A DNA stretch of 37,894 nucleotides from Candidatus Melainabacteria bacterium (GTDB lineage: Bacteria; Cyanobacteriota; Vampirovibrionia; Obscuribacterales; JAKAZS01), in assembly GCA_027371815.1 (NCBI GenBank), contig DAHXLC010000078.1:1-37894 (forward strand), read 5' to 3'. This document shows, piece after piece, positions 29,479 through 37,894 of this stretch. Position 1 is the first letter of the stretch, and the number at the start of each line of letters is the position of its first letter. The position numbers and the translations under genes were made by a program. Below the pieces are notes generated by a model, which did not search any database, was not told the origin of the DNA, and worked only from the letters and a program-made list of their open reading frames with translations.

Positions 29479-29952
29479 AAATATTTATGATTAAATCTAT
29501 TTTAACCAAGAAATTATAAAATAAAATTGCCTAAAAAAGCTTGCTTTTTTGTCTTTATCTTGCTTTCGTTATAAAAATTAAGATGTTTGGTTTAAACTGA
29601 AATTAAATTAACAAATTTGCCTAATCATTAATTAATGAAAAAATATTTTACAATTCATTATCTATGGCAAAGTTTTTACGATACCAGGTTCCGCCAGACC
29701 ATCTAGCTAGGCAAAGCAAACCATTCTAATGATTGATTGGGCTTAGGCAAATTCTTTTCAGCAAAATGCATTCCAGTTCGTAAAGTAGTAGGTACGGGTT
29801 TTAGCTTGGTTTCATATTTAATTGATGCCGTTAAGACAATAGCACCTTGTAAAGGTTTACTGGCTAAATGAAAATAACTTTTAATTTAGATCAATTAAAG
29901 AATAATTGTAGCTTTTGGGTGTTATTTTTCAGCTAAATTAATTTGCTGAATT

Positions 29953-31554
29953 TTATTTAGCGGGAAAATTAATTTTGCTGATTTCAATTTTATGATTATT
30001 GTCAAGACAGCCAATTGTAGCTCTTTGTATTATTGATAAATTCATGGCATCTGAAGTAACAACATATTCTTTGGTTATCAGCATAGGATAAATACCTAAA
30101 GCTAAAACCACTACAGCCAGGCCATAAGCAATAAATTGTTCAAGTGGTCTTATAGCGGCAAAATGATTAATCCATTTTTCCTTGGTATCTCCATAGAACA
30201 ACCGTTTAAGGAGCCAAAGCATATAGCCAGCAGTTAAAATCATACCGGTAGCAGCTAGATATACAGACCATTGACACAGGTGAGCATGTTTACCAACCGT
30301 AGCCATAAAGCCGGTAAATGAGCCGTAAATTACTGCTGTTTCAGCCACAAAACCACTTAAGCCAGGCAGACCCAAATTAGCCATACAGGCAAATATCCAA
30401 AAATAAAATAAAACCGGAGCCAACTTTGTTAAGCCACCACCAATTTCATGAATGTCACGTGTATGAGTTCGCTCATAGACAACACCGACGAGAAAGAATA
30501 ATAACGCCGAAATAACACCATGACTAATCATTTGGAATACAGCTCCACTTAAGGCTGCAGCCGAAACGGCACTAATTCCTAAAGTAACAAAACCCATATG
30601 GGAAACACTGGAAAAAGCAATAATCCGTTTCATATCAGTCTGAACCATGCAAGCAATAGCCGCCCAAACAATGTTAAAGGCGCCAATAAGCATTAGTACT
30701 GGTCCATAATGTAAAAAGAAATAAGGAAAAAAACCTAAACAAATTCTGACTAGCCCATAAGATCCCATTTTTAATAATAGGCCAGCTAAAATCATGGATA
30801 TTGGAGTTGGAGCTTCAACGTGAGCATCTGGCAGCCAGGTATGAAACGGAAAAGATGGTAGCTTTATCAAAAATGCCATTAAAAAGCCTAAACAGGCCAC
30901 CGTTTGAAAGGCTTGAGGCATAAGCGGACAGATTTGCGCCAAACGAATCATGTCAAAAGTTTGTGACGCAGCGTTGTCAATACCAAGTTGCGTATACATA
31001 TATATTAGACCGGTCAGCATTAATACGCCACCGGTAAATGTATAAATTAAAAACTTCATAGCTGCATAACTGCGACCAGGACCACCCCAAATAGCAATTA
31101 AAAAATACATAGGAACTAATTCAAATTCATACATGACAAAAAACTGTAACAAATCTAAAGATATGAATACGCCAATAACCGAAAAAGCTAAAAGCATTAA
31201 ATTAGCATAATAAAATTTAGGCCGATTATCACCAATAGAATAACTAGCTAAAGCAGAAAATAAAAATATAAACGTACTTAAAATAACAAGACATAAACTA
31301 ATGCCGTCCACACCAACATGGTACTGGACTTGAAAAGGCATGGTTATCCAGTTGTAGACTTCACTAAACTGCATGCCCATTAAATTATAATTAAACCCTA
31401 ATGCTATAACTAATGAAACTCCAAGCATGGCAACAAAGGAAGTTATGCTAATATATCTAGCTAATTTAGCCGGCATAATAGCAATAAAAATTGCCGCTAA
31501 AATGGGTATTACAAATAAGGTTGTAAGTATATGAGGCAGTAAAGGGGTATTCAC
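29953..31554 (-). CDS. nuoM: NADH-quinone oxidoreductase subunit M / NdhD-type antiporter-like subunit
   Basis: 533 aa with about 14 TM segments. It has the LPDAHVEAPTPISMILAG motif (HxEAPT) and a FSSVSHMGF motif, both characteristic of NuoM/NdhD. Confidence 0.9.
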   Translation of the reverse strand: MNTPLLPHILTTLFVIPILAAIFIAIMPAKLARYISITSFVAMLGVSLVIALGFNYNLMGMQFSEVYNWITMPFQVQYHVGVDGISLCLVILSTFIFLFSALASYSIGDNRPKFYYANLMLLAFSVIGVFISLDLLQFFVMYEFELVPMYFLIAIWGGPGRSYAAMKFLIYTFTGGVLMLTGLIYMYTQLGIDNAASQTFDMIRLAQICPLMPQAFQTVACLGFLMAFLIKLPSFPFHTWLPDAHVEAPTPISMILAGLLLKMGSYGLVRICLGFFPYFFLHYGPVLMLIGAFNIVWAAIACMVQTDMKRIIAFSSVSHMGFVTLGISAVSAAALSGAVFQMISHGVISALLFFLVGVVYERTHTRDIHEIGGGLTKLAPVLFYFWIFACMANLGLPGLSGFVAETAVIYGSFTGFMATVGKHAHLCQWSVYLAATGMILTAGYMLWLLKRLFYGDTKEKWINHFAAIRPLEQFIAYGLAVVVLALGIYPMLITKEYVVTSDAMNLSIIQRATIGCLDNNHKIEISKINFPAK

Positions 31555-31754
31555 TTTATTTCTCCTATTATTGGCAACTATTGATTAATTAATTAAATTT
31601 AGTTTGCTTAAACTTATGTTTAAATTCTTTGCTTTAAAAAGTATATCAATGTATATTGTATTTTAGTTAAAATCATAAGAAGTAAAAATTACTAAAAGTT
31701 AAATATTGCAATGTAATAATTTGGTAATCAAGAGTTAGAGAGGTTTCAAGTTAC

Positions 31755-33752
31755 GTGAATATATCTATAAATGATGCAAAACATTTAATTGAGTCAGCTT
31801 GGTTATTGGTAGCTGTTCCATTTCTGGTTGGTTTTTTGATAATTTTGGGTTTACATAAAAGCAAACCATTATCAATGATGATTTCAATTGGTGCTGTTGG
31901 CTATGGTTTTATTCATGCCGTATTAATTGTACTTTGCTTGGCTCAGCATAGCGATCTTGGACCTTGGCAGGCAAATTATGACTGGTTTACAGCTACAAAT
32001 TTGCGTTTATGCATGGGTTATTTAGTCGATAATTTAGCAGCGATGATGTTAGTTGTGGTTACGGCCATTAGCCTTTTGGTACAGATTTACACTCATGGCT
32101 ATATGAAGGATGACCCAGGTTATAGCAAATTTTATGCTTATTTATCTTTGTTTACGGCATCAATGCTCGGGTTGGTTGTATCAACTAATTTATTTGAAAC
32201 TTATTTTTTCTGGGAACTTGTTGGTGTTTGTAGTTATTTTCTAATAGGCTTCTGGTGGCAAAAAGAATCAGCTGCGCAAGCCTGTTTAAAAGCTTTTATC
32301 GTAAATCGTATTGGCGATTTTGGCTTTTTGCTAGGAATTATTATGTTTTTAAGTGTTACGCGCACACTATGGTGCGAATCTCCTATCTTAGCTTATGTTT
32401 CTAACAGTGGCCGAGATTTGGGTTCAATTATTATCCAGGCTTATAACGCCCATCTGTTAACGGCTCCAATGCTATCAGTTATTGCCTTGTTAATCTTTTT
32501 GGGGCCTATGGCCAAATCAGCCCAAGCTCCACTTCATGTCTGGTTGCCAGACGCAATGGAAGGACCAACTCCAATATCCGCTTTAATTCATGCTGCTACC
32601 ATGGTGGCTGCCGGTATATATTTAGTTGCTAGAGCCTACCCATTATGGCTGACTCCAGATGGCTCGCTACATAGCCTTGGCTTAACAGTTGTTGCTTGGG
32701 TTGGTGGGTTTACAGCATTTATGGCGGCAACGATAGCGTTAAGTCAATTTGATATCAAACGCGTTTTAGCCTGGTCAACAGTGTCCCAGTTAGGCTATAT
32801 GTTTGTAGGTCTTGGTTGTGGGGCATTTAGCGGTGGCTTATTTCACTTATTTAATCATGCTTTTTTTAAAGCTATGCTGTTTCTGTGTTCTGGTGCGGTT
32901 ATTCATGGATTACATGGTGAACAGGATATTCGTAAAATGGGTGGTTTGTTTAAATCCATGCCCATTACGGCAACTTGTTTTTTAATTGGCACCCTTTCAA
33001 TTTCTGGCTGTCCTGGATTAAGCGGATTTTTCTCTAAAGATGAAATAATTAGTGCTTCGATCGAACATAACTTACCCTTAGGCATACTAATGATTGTGAC
33101 CGCAGCTATGACTAGCTTTTATATGTTTAGACTGTTTTTCTTGACTTTTGTTGGTGAATTCCGTGGCCATGGTCATCCGCATGAATCACCATTGTCAATG
33201 ACTGGACCGCTTATGGCTTTAGCTATACCTTCAATATTTTCTGGCTATTTAGGGGTCAATTTACCAGCGTTATTCCAAGGACGAGCTGATACAAGTTTTT
33301 TCCCAAGTTTTGTTCACTTTGGCTCAACGCCAATTTTTGAAGAGCCTAACTTAAGCGTTATGGCTTATTCGACCATAGCTGCAATACTGGGTTTTGTTTT
33401 AGCCTTTATGATTTACAAGGCTAAGTCGTTAAGCTTTAATACAGCTATCGTTGAAAGTAAAAATACTTTAGTCCAGACCGCCTATAAATTTTCTTTAAAC
33501 AAATGGTATTTTGATGAATTGTATTTAAGCATATTGCAAAACTGTATTTTACCGGTTTATAAAAAACTTTGGGAAACTGTTGACGTCTTAATTGTTGACA
33601 GCATGGTCAATTTATCTGGTCTTATAGCCCTTGGACTTGGTGAAGTTATGCGTTATTTCCAAAACGGTCGGGCACAATTTTATGCCTTTGTTATTTTCTT
33701 TGGTATTGTTGCACTTACGACTTATGCTTATTACTTTGTAATTATGCCTTAA
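31755..33752 (+). CDS. nuoL: NADH-quinone oxidoreductase subunit L / NdhF-type antiporter-like subunit
   Basis: 665 aa with a GTG start after GAGAGG. It has WLPDAMEGPTPISALIHAATMV, STVSQLGYM and the C-terminal lateral-helix region NKWYFDELY typical of NuoL/NdhF. Confidence 0.9.
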   Translation: MNISINDAKHLIESAWLLVAVPFLVGFLIILGLHKSKPLSMMISIGAVGYGFIHAVLIVLCLAQHSDLGPWQANYDWFTATNLRLCMGYLVDNLAAMMLVVVTAISLLVQIYTHGYMKDDPGYSKFYAYLSLFTASMLGLVVSTNLFETYFFWELVGVCSYFLIGFWWQKESAAQACLKAFIVNRIGDFGFLLGIIMFLSVTRTLWCESPILAYVSNSGRDLGSIIIQAYNAHLLTAPMLSVIALLIFLGPMAKSAQAPLHVWLPDAMEGPTPISALIHAATMVAAGIYLVARAYPLWLTPDGSLHSLGLTVVAWVGGFTAFMAATIALSQFDIKRVLAWSTVSQLGYMFVGLGCGAFSGGLFHLFNHAFFKAMLFLCSGAVIHGLHGEQDIRKMGGLFKSMPITATCFLIGTLSISGCPGLSGFFSKDEIISASIEHNLPLGILMIVTAAMTSFYMFRLFFLTFVGEFRGHGHPHESPLSMTGPLMALAIPSIFSGYLGVNLPALFQGRADTSFFPSFVHFGSTPIFEEPNLSVMAYSTIAAILGFVLAFMIYKAKSLSFNTAIVESKNTLVQTAYKFSLNKWYFDELYLSILQNCILPVYKKLWETVDVLIVDSMVNLSGLIALGLGEVMRYFQNGRAQFYAFVIFFGIVALTTYAYYFVIMP

Positions 33753-34264
33753 GTTTTTGCACACAATTTATGATTTTTACTTGTGAATTATGCCTTATAA
33801 AAATTAAATAACAATTAATTAGTTAGCTTTTAAAATTTAATAGCTATATTTAAACCAATATTTGCAAACAAGTCAATTACAAAACCTATCGGTTTAAATA
33901 CTTTGCCAACGTAAGCCCAGATATTTTCAACATTTTTTTAAAATATTATTAGGTTTAACTTAAAGAAATTAGCCAGTAAATAGAGTTTGTTTACTTTAAT
34001 TAAGTTTGATATTGTTCAAATCTACATATATGGCTTAAAATTGACAAGTAGTTATTGATGTAAATTATTTAAATAATAATTACAGCTTGAATTTTTAAGG
34101 TTCTTAAGTAAGCATAAATAATTTTTAATTAGTTCGATATTTTTAATTTTAAGCATAAATATTTATAAATTACTATGATTTACAAAAAATTCATAAAAAA
34201 GATTTAGTATAAATCAATATTGTAGATTAAATTTTAATTTAAATTTTTTAGGAGTATAAGTTAA

Positions 34265-36265
34265 ATGCAAGAGATTACGGTTGGAATAGCTGGAGCAGCT
34301 GGAGATGGTTTAGATAAGTCAGGCGATACCCTGGCTCGATCTTCTGGTAGGATGGGTTTGCATGTTTATGCTTACAATAGTTATCAGTCCATTATTCGTG
34401 GCGGACATATCTGGCTTAAAGTCAGAATAGGCAATGAAAAAGTTTATAATCATGGTGATAATCTAAATGTATTAATTGCGCTTAATCAAGATTCTTTAGA
34501 ACGTCATAGTTTAGAAGTAAACGATGGTGGCGTAGTAATTTTTAATAGCGATAAGTTTAAACATGATTCAGCCTTACAGAAAAAGTCGGTTTTTTCCTTG
34601 GGTTTACCGATGGCACAAATCACCAAAGATACAGTCGCTAAATATGGTCCATTGCAACCAATCATGCAAAACACCATAGCTCTAGGTGCAGTTATGTATT
34701 TGTGCAGTTTAGGTGTTGAGGAAGCCAAAGCGGTATTAATGGATACCTTTGCCCATAAAGACCAAAAAATTGTTGATTTAAATATTAGTCTGTTAAATGA
34801 TGGCTATGCCTATGCCAAATCACAGACTAAGCCAATTATGTCACAATGGAATATAAATGCTGAGCTTAAAAAATCCATGCTGCCATTTATAACTGGCAAT
34901 GAAGCTATTGCTTTAGGCGCTGTGGCTAGTGGTTGTAAATTTTATTCAGCTTATCCCATGACACCAGCTTCAACCATTTTACACTGGATGGCCAGTCATG
35001 CTAAACAGGTTGGCGTAGCTGTTAAGCAATGTGAGGATGAATTGTCAGTCATTAATATGGCTATTGGAGCTGGAATTGGTGGGGTACGTTCAATGTGCGC
35101 AACAGCTGGTGGTGGTTTCGCTTTGATGACTGAAGCTATTGGTATGGCCGGAATTATGGAAGTCCCAGTCGTCTGTGTTGAAGTCCAACGCGGCGGTCCT
35201 TCTACGGGTCTGCCAACTAAAACTGAACAAGCTGATTTATTCCAGGTTTATGGAGCCAGTCAAGGTGAATTTCCTAAATTAATCGTGGCGCCAACTACGG
35301 TTAGTGATGCCTATGATGCAACGGTTGAAGCCTTCCATATGGCAGATAAATACCAATTACCGGCGCTTATAATTAGCGATTTGTTATTATCTGAACATCC
35401 TGAAACGGTTGAAGCTAGTAAATTTAATATGGATGTCAAGATTGATCGTGGCGAATTGGTCACTTCCTGGAACGAATCAATGGGTAAATATAAACGTTAT
35501 AAGTTTACCGATAGCGGGGTTTCACCTCGAGCACTCCCCGGTACGGCGAATACATTATACGTATCACCATCGGATGATCACGATGAAGAGTCAATTTTAA
35601 TTTCAGATATGTATACGACACCAGCTACCCGTAAGAAAATTATGGAAAAACGGATGCGTAAGATGGATAATTTATTAAAAGATCTTACCCCGCCAAAATT
35701 AGAAGGCCCTGACGATGCTGATGTAACCTTATTATGCTGGGGTTCAACCTATGGTGTTGTTAAAGAATCTTTAGAGCTGTTAAATAAAGTAGGAATTAAA
35801 GCCAATTTATTATGCATAAAATACATTGTGCCTTTCCATGTTAAAGAAGTTATGGAAATTTTAAATAAGGCTAAAAAGAAATACTCAGTTGAAGTTAACT
35901 TTACTTCGCAGATGGCTCGTTTTGTCCGGAGTGAAACAGGTATAGCAATGGATGGTCATATTAACCGATATGATGGTGAACCGATTGAACCAACTTTCAT
36001 TGTAACTAAAGTTAAAGGGCTTTTAACTAATAAGCCAAATAATACGCATTTAACTGAAGCCGAAGCAATGGATATGGCCTATCATTACTTAAGAACCCAT
36101 GGCTTAGAAAGTATGCGTCCAGTTAAATTTAGCCATGAATCAACGAATGGTCATAATGAACCAACTTGGCTGGTCGAATTTGCTGATAAGAAAACCGGAG
36201 ATGCAACAGCTAAGCTTAAACTAGGTGCCTTTACCGGTAGCAATCACGAATTTGTTAAACTATAA
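34265..36265 (+). CDS. korA: 2-oxoacid:ferredoxin oxidoreductase alpha subunit (gamma-alpha fused) with an extra C-terminal domain
   Basis: The N-terminal gamma-like domain is ITVGIAGAAGDGLDKSGD. The alpha domain has GNEAIALGAVASGCKFYSAYPMTPAS and GGPSTGLPTKTEQADL. A TAGGAG SD is present. Substrate specificity (2-oxoglutarate or other) cannot be read from the sequence. Confidence 0.85.
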   Translation: MQEITVGIAGAAGDGLDKSGDTLARSSGRMGLHVYAYNSYQSIIRGGHIWLKVRIGNEKVYNHGDNLNVLIALNQDSLERHSLEVNDGGVVIFNSDKFKHDSALQKKSVFSLGLPMAQITKDTVAKYGPLQPIMQNTIALGAVMYLCSLGVEEAKAVLMDTFAHKDQKIVDLNISLLNDGYAYAKSQTKPIMSQWNINAELKKSMLPFITGNEAIALGAVASGCKFYSAYPMTPASTILHWMASHAKQVGVAVKQCEDELSVINMAIGAGIGGVRSMCATAGGGFALMTEAIGMAGIMEVPVVCVEVQRGGPSTGLPTKTEQADLFQVYGASQGEFPKLIVAPTTVSDAYDATVEAFHMADKYQLPALIISDLLLSEHPETVEASKFNMDVKIDRGELVTSWNESMGKYKRYKFTDSGVSPRALPGTANTLYVSPSDDHDEESILISDMYTTPATRKKIMEKRMRKMDNLLKDLTPPKLEGPDDADVTLLCWGSTYGVVKESLELLNKVGIKANLLCIKYIVPFHVKEVMEILNKAKKKYSVEVNFTSQMARFVRSETGIAMDGHINRYDGEPIEPTFIVTKVKGLLTNKPNNTHLTEAEAMDMAYHYLRTHGLESMRPVKFSHESTNGHNEPTWLVEFADKKTGDATAKLKLGAFTGSNHEFVKL

Positions 36266-36294
36266 TAATTATTTTTTTAAGAGGAAATTATACT

Positions 36295-37173
36295 ATGTCA
36301 ACTTTAATTGAACTTCCGGTTGAAACTTATAAAGGCCCAGTTGATCCAGATTGGTGCCCAGGCTGTGGTGATTTTGGGGTGTTAAAAGCCCTCCAAATGG
36401 CTAGTGGTAAATTAGGCATTGCCCCTAAAGATATGCTTATTGTCTCGGGCATTGGCTGTTCATCAAACCTGCCAGGTTTTATACATTCTTATGGTATTCA
36501 CTCCTTGCATGGTCGCTCAATTCCTGTAGCCACCGGAGCACATTTAGCTAATACGGACTTACATGTTGTAGTAACTGGTGGTGATGGTGATGGCTATGGT
36601 ATTGGTTTAGGCCATTTACTACACGCCATGCGTCGTAATTTAAATATGACTTATTTAGTCATGGATAATCAAATTTATGGATTAACTACCGGCCAGGCAT
36701 CACCGACCACTGGGCTGGGTCAGAAAACTAAATCTACACCAATTGGTAATTTTGAAAACCCCTTAAATCCCTTAGCTTTAGCTATAACTAGTGGAGCCAC
36801 CTTTGTCGCCCGTGGTTTTAGTGGTGAGCAAAAGCAATTAAGTGACTTAATAGCTAAAGCCATAGCTCACAAAGGCTTTTCTTTAGTTGATATTTTTAGC
36901 CCCTGCGTTACTTATAATAAGGTAAACACCTATCCCTGGTTTAAAGAAAGAGTTTACAAACTTGAAGAAACGGATTTTACCACTAATGATTTTCATGCTT
37001 CATTAACTAAGGCTTTTGAATGGGGCGATAAAATTCCGCTTGGTGTTTTATATGAAGTTGATCATCCTATTTATGAAGACAGCGATCCAGTTCTAAGTCA
37101 AGGCCCACTTGTCAAGCAAAAACTTGGTCTTGACAAGAAATTGTTTACAGAATTGTTACAAGAATTAGTCTAA
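36295..37173 (+). CDS. korB: 2-oxoacid:ferredoxin oxidoreductase beta subunit (TPP-binding)
   Basis: It has WCPGCGDFG, the TPP motif GGDGDGYGIG...NQIYGLT and SPC. An AGAGGA SD is present. It lies 29 nt downstream of the alpha subunit. Confidence 0.9.
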   Translation: MSTLIELPVETYKGPVDPDWCPGCGDFGVLKALQMASGKLGIAPKDMLIVSGIGCSSNLPGFIHSYGIHSLHGRSIPVATGAHLANTDLHVVVTGGDGDGYGIGLGHLLHAMRRNLNMTYLVMDNQIYGLTTGQASPTTGLGQKTKSTPIGNFENPLNPLALAITSGATFVARGFSGEQKQLSDLIAKAIAHKGFSLVDIFSPCVTYNKVNTYPWFKERVYKLEETDFTTNDFHASLTKAFEWGDKIPLGVLYEVDHPIYEDSDPVLSQGPLVKQKLGLDKKLFTELLQELV

Positions 37174-37234
37174 AACTTTAAAATATAAGTTAATTATTGC
37201 TAATAAATATGCGCTAATATTAGTTAATACTAGT

Positions 37235-37264
37235 TTGACATATGTTATTATTTAATAGTAAAAT
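37235..37264 (+). promoter_or_regulatory. Candidate sigma70-type promoter for the tRNA-tuf cluster
   Basis: A consensus -35 TTGACA lies at 37235..37240. An 18-nt spacer follows, then a -10 TAAAAT at 37259..37264, about 18 nt upstream of the first tRNA. AT-rich DNA produces such matches by chance, so this is tentative. Confidence 0.45.
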
Positions 37265-37282
37265 TTTAATCGCATATTTTAT

Positions 37283-37354
37283 GCCGGTGTAGCTCAGCGG
37301 TAGAGCAACGGTTTTGTAAACCGTAGGTCGTAGGTTCGAATCCCATCACCGGCT
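37283..37354 (+). tRNA. tRNA-Thr (anticodon UGU)
   Basis: Cloverleaf folded by hand. The acceptor stem gccggtg/caccggc is perfect. The D arm is gctc-agcggta-gagc. The anticodon arm is acggt-tTTGTaa-accgt with anticodon TGT. The T arm is gtagg-ttcgaat-cccat, with one A-C mismatch at 51:63. No CCA is encoded. Confidence 0.88.
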
Positions 37355-37362
37355 AAAAGTAA

Positions 37363-37445
37363 GGGCAGATGTCCGAGTGGCTAAAGGAGGCAGCCTGTAA
37401 AGTTGCTGGCGAAAGCCTACGCTGGTTCGAATCCAGCTCTGCCCA
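37363..37445 (+). tRNA. tRNA-Tyr (anticodon GUA), long variable arm
   Basis: The acceptor stem is gggcaga/tctgccc. The anticodon arm is gcagc-ctGTAaa-gttgc. It has a long variable arm (tggcgaaagcctac) and a perfect T arm gctgg-ttcgaat-ccagc. It is collinear with bacterial class II tRNA-Tyr. Confidence 0.95.
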
Positions 37446-37536
37446 TTTCTTTAATATTTCATAACAAGAATTATTAAAGAAATTTATAAGTTAGAAATGA
37501 TAACCTAATCATGGTGCATAATTTGAATATGCTAGC

Positions 37537-37611
37537 GCCCATGTAGCACAGCGGTAGTGCACCCCCTTGGTAAGGGGGAGGTCACGAGTTCGATTCTCGT
37601 CATGGGCTCCA
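37537..37611 (+). tRNA. tRNA-Thr (anticodon GGU), CCA encoded
   Basis: The acceptor stem is gcccatg/catgggc. The D arm is gcac-agcggta-gtgc. The anticodon arm is ccccc-ttGGTaa-ggggg. The T arm is acgag-ttcgatt-ctcgt. The discriminator t plus cca follows. Confidence 0.95.
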
Positions 37612-37651
37612 TCTAAACAACAACAACTAAATTAAAGGAGAAAGTGTAAGA

Positions 37652-37894
37652 ATGGCTCGCCAAAAGTTTGTAAGAAATAAGCCAACGGTAAACGTTGGTA
37701 CTATTGGACACGTAGACCATGGTAAAACTACGTTAACTGCTGCAATTACTTTTATTTTATCAAAATCAGGTAAAGCGCAATTTAAAAAATATGATGAAAT
37801 CGATGCCGCCCCAGAAGAAAAGGCTCGCGGTATTACAATTAATACAGCCCACGTTGAATATGAAACTGAAACCAGACCGCGTTCAATACGGCCA
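37652..37894 (+). CDS. tuf: Elongation factor Tu, 5' fragment (runs to the window edge)
   Basis: An AAAGGAG SD lies 10 nt upstream. The translation is [33 protein letters not shown]...[25 protein letters not shown]. The last 6 codons (PRSIRP) do not match EF-Tu; see findings. Confidence 0.95.
   Translation, partial: MARQKFVRNKPTVNVGTIGHVDHGKTTLTAAITFILSKSGKAQFKKYDEIDAAPEEKARGITINTAHVEYETETRPRSIRP

Noticed and set aside
29953-33752. Possibility that the ndhD/ndhF-like pair is a cyanobacterial-type CO2-uptake module or a DAB-type carbon pump
   Set aside because: No CupA/ChpY-like, CupS-like or DabA-like gene is adjacent. The flanking DNA is non-coding or encodes hemY and korAB. The genes are divergent rather than co-transcribed. 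There is no positive evidence beyond the subunit type.
37174-37651. tRNA cluster as a potential integration hotspot or genomic-island boundary
   Set aside because: No integrase, direct repeat of a tRNA 3' end or composition shift is visible on either side. The flanking genes (korAB, tuf) are core metabolism and translation genes.

Overview
This is an AT-rich bacterial chromosomal segment (roughly one-third G+C by eye). Genes are densely packed with Shine-Dalgarno-type starts. I found no CRISPR array, transposase, integrase or recognisable defence module.

Gene content, left to right:
- A minus-strand respiratory operon: membrane protein, Rieske 2Fe-2S protein, b6-type cytochrome b fused to a subunit IV-like half, then a second paralogous membrane protein that runs off the window.
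- A PLP-dependent Orn/Lys/Arg decarboxylase-family gene and a Ycf45-like AAA+/R3H gene.
- A repeat-bearing hydrophilic ORF and a nicotinamidase.
- Two convergent hybrid histidine kinases. One is a 1867-aa soluble protein with a poly-HAMP array.
- A signal-peptide-bearing amylo-alpha-1,6-glucosidase-like protein and FolC.
- An envelope-flavoured stretch: LCP protein, GT9 glycosyltransferase, HD-GYP protein and two DUF4163/DUF3298-like secreted paralogs. It is bracketed by two genes for extremely Tyr-rich secreted low-complexity proteins.
- HemY-type protoporphyrinogen oxidase.
- A divergent orphan NuoM/NdhD and NuoL/NdhF pair.
- A two-subunit 2-oxoacid:ferredoxin oxidoreductase.
- A tRNA-Thr/Tyr/Thr cluster followed by the 5' part of tuf.

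The most unusual signals:
1. The Rieske/cytochrome b pair has no visible c-type cytochrome. It is flanked by, and translationally coupled to, paralogous membrane proteins with cytochrome bd (CydA)-like motifs.
2. The two Sec-targeted Gly/Tyr/Arg- and Tyr/His-rich proteins share a GYYPY-type tail.
3. The near-identical 276-bp in-frame HAMP repeats.

Phylum cannot be assigned from the sequence alone. The b6-like cytochrome b, Ycf45-like gene and scattered ndhD/ndhF-like genes hint at a cyanobacteria-related or similar lineage, but the tRNA-tuf arrangement is widespread. All family assignments come from motif recognition by eye, not from searches.
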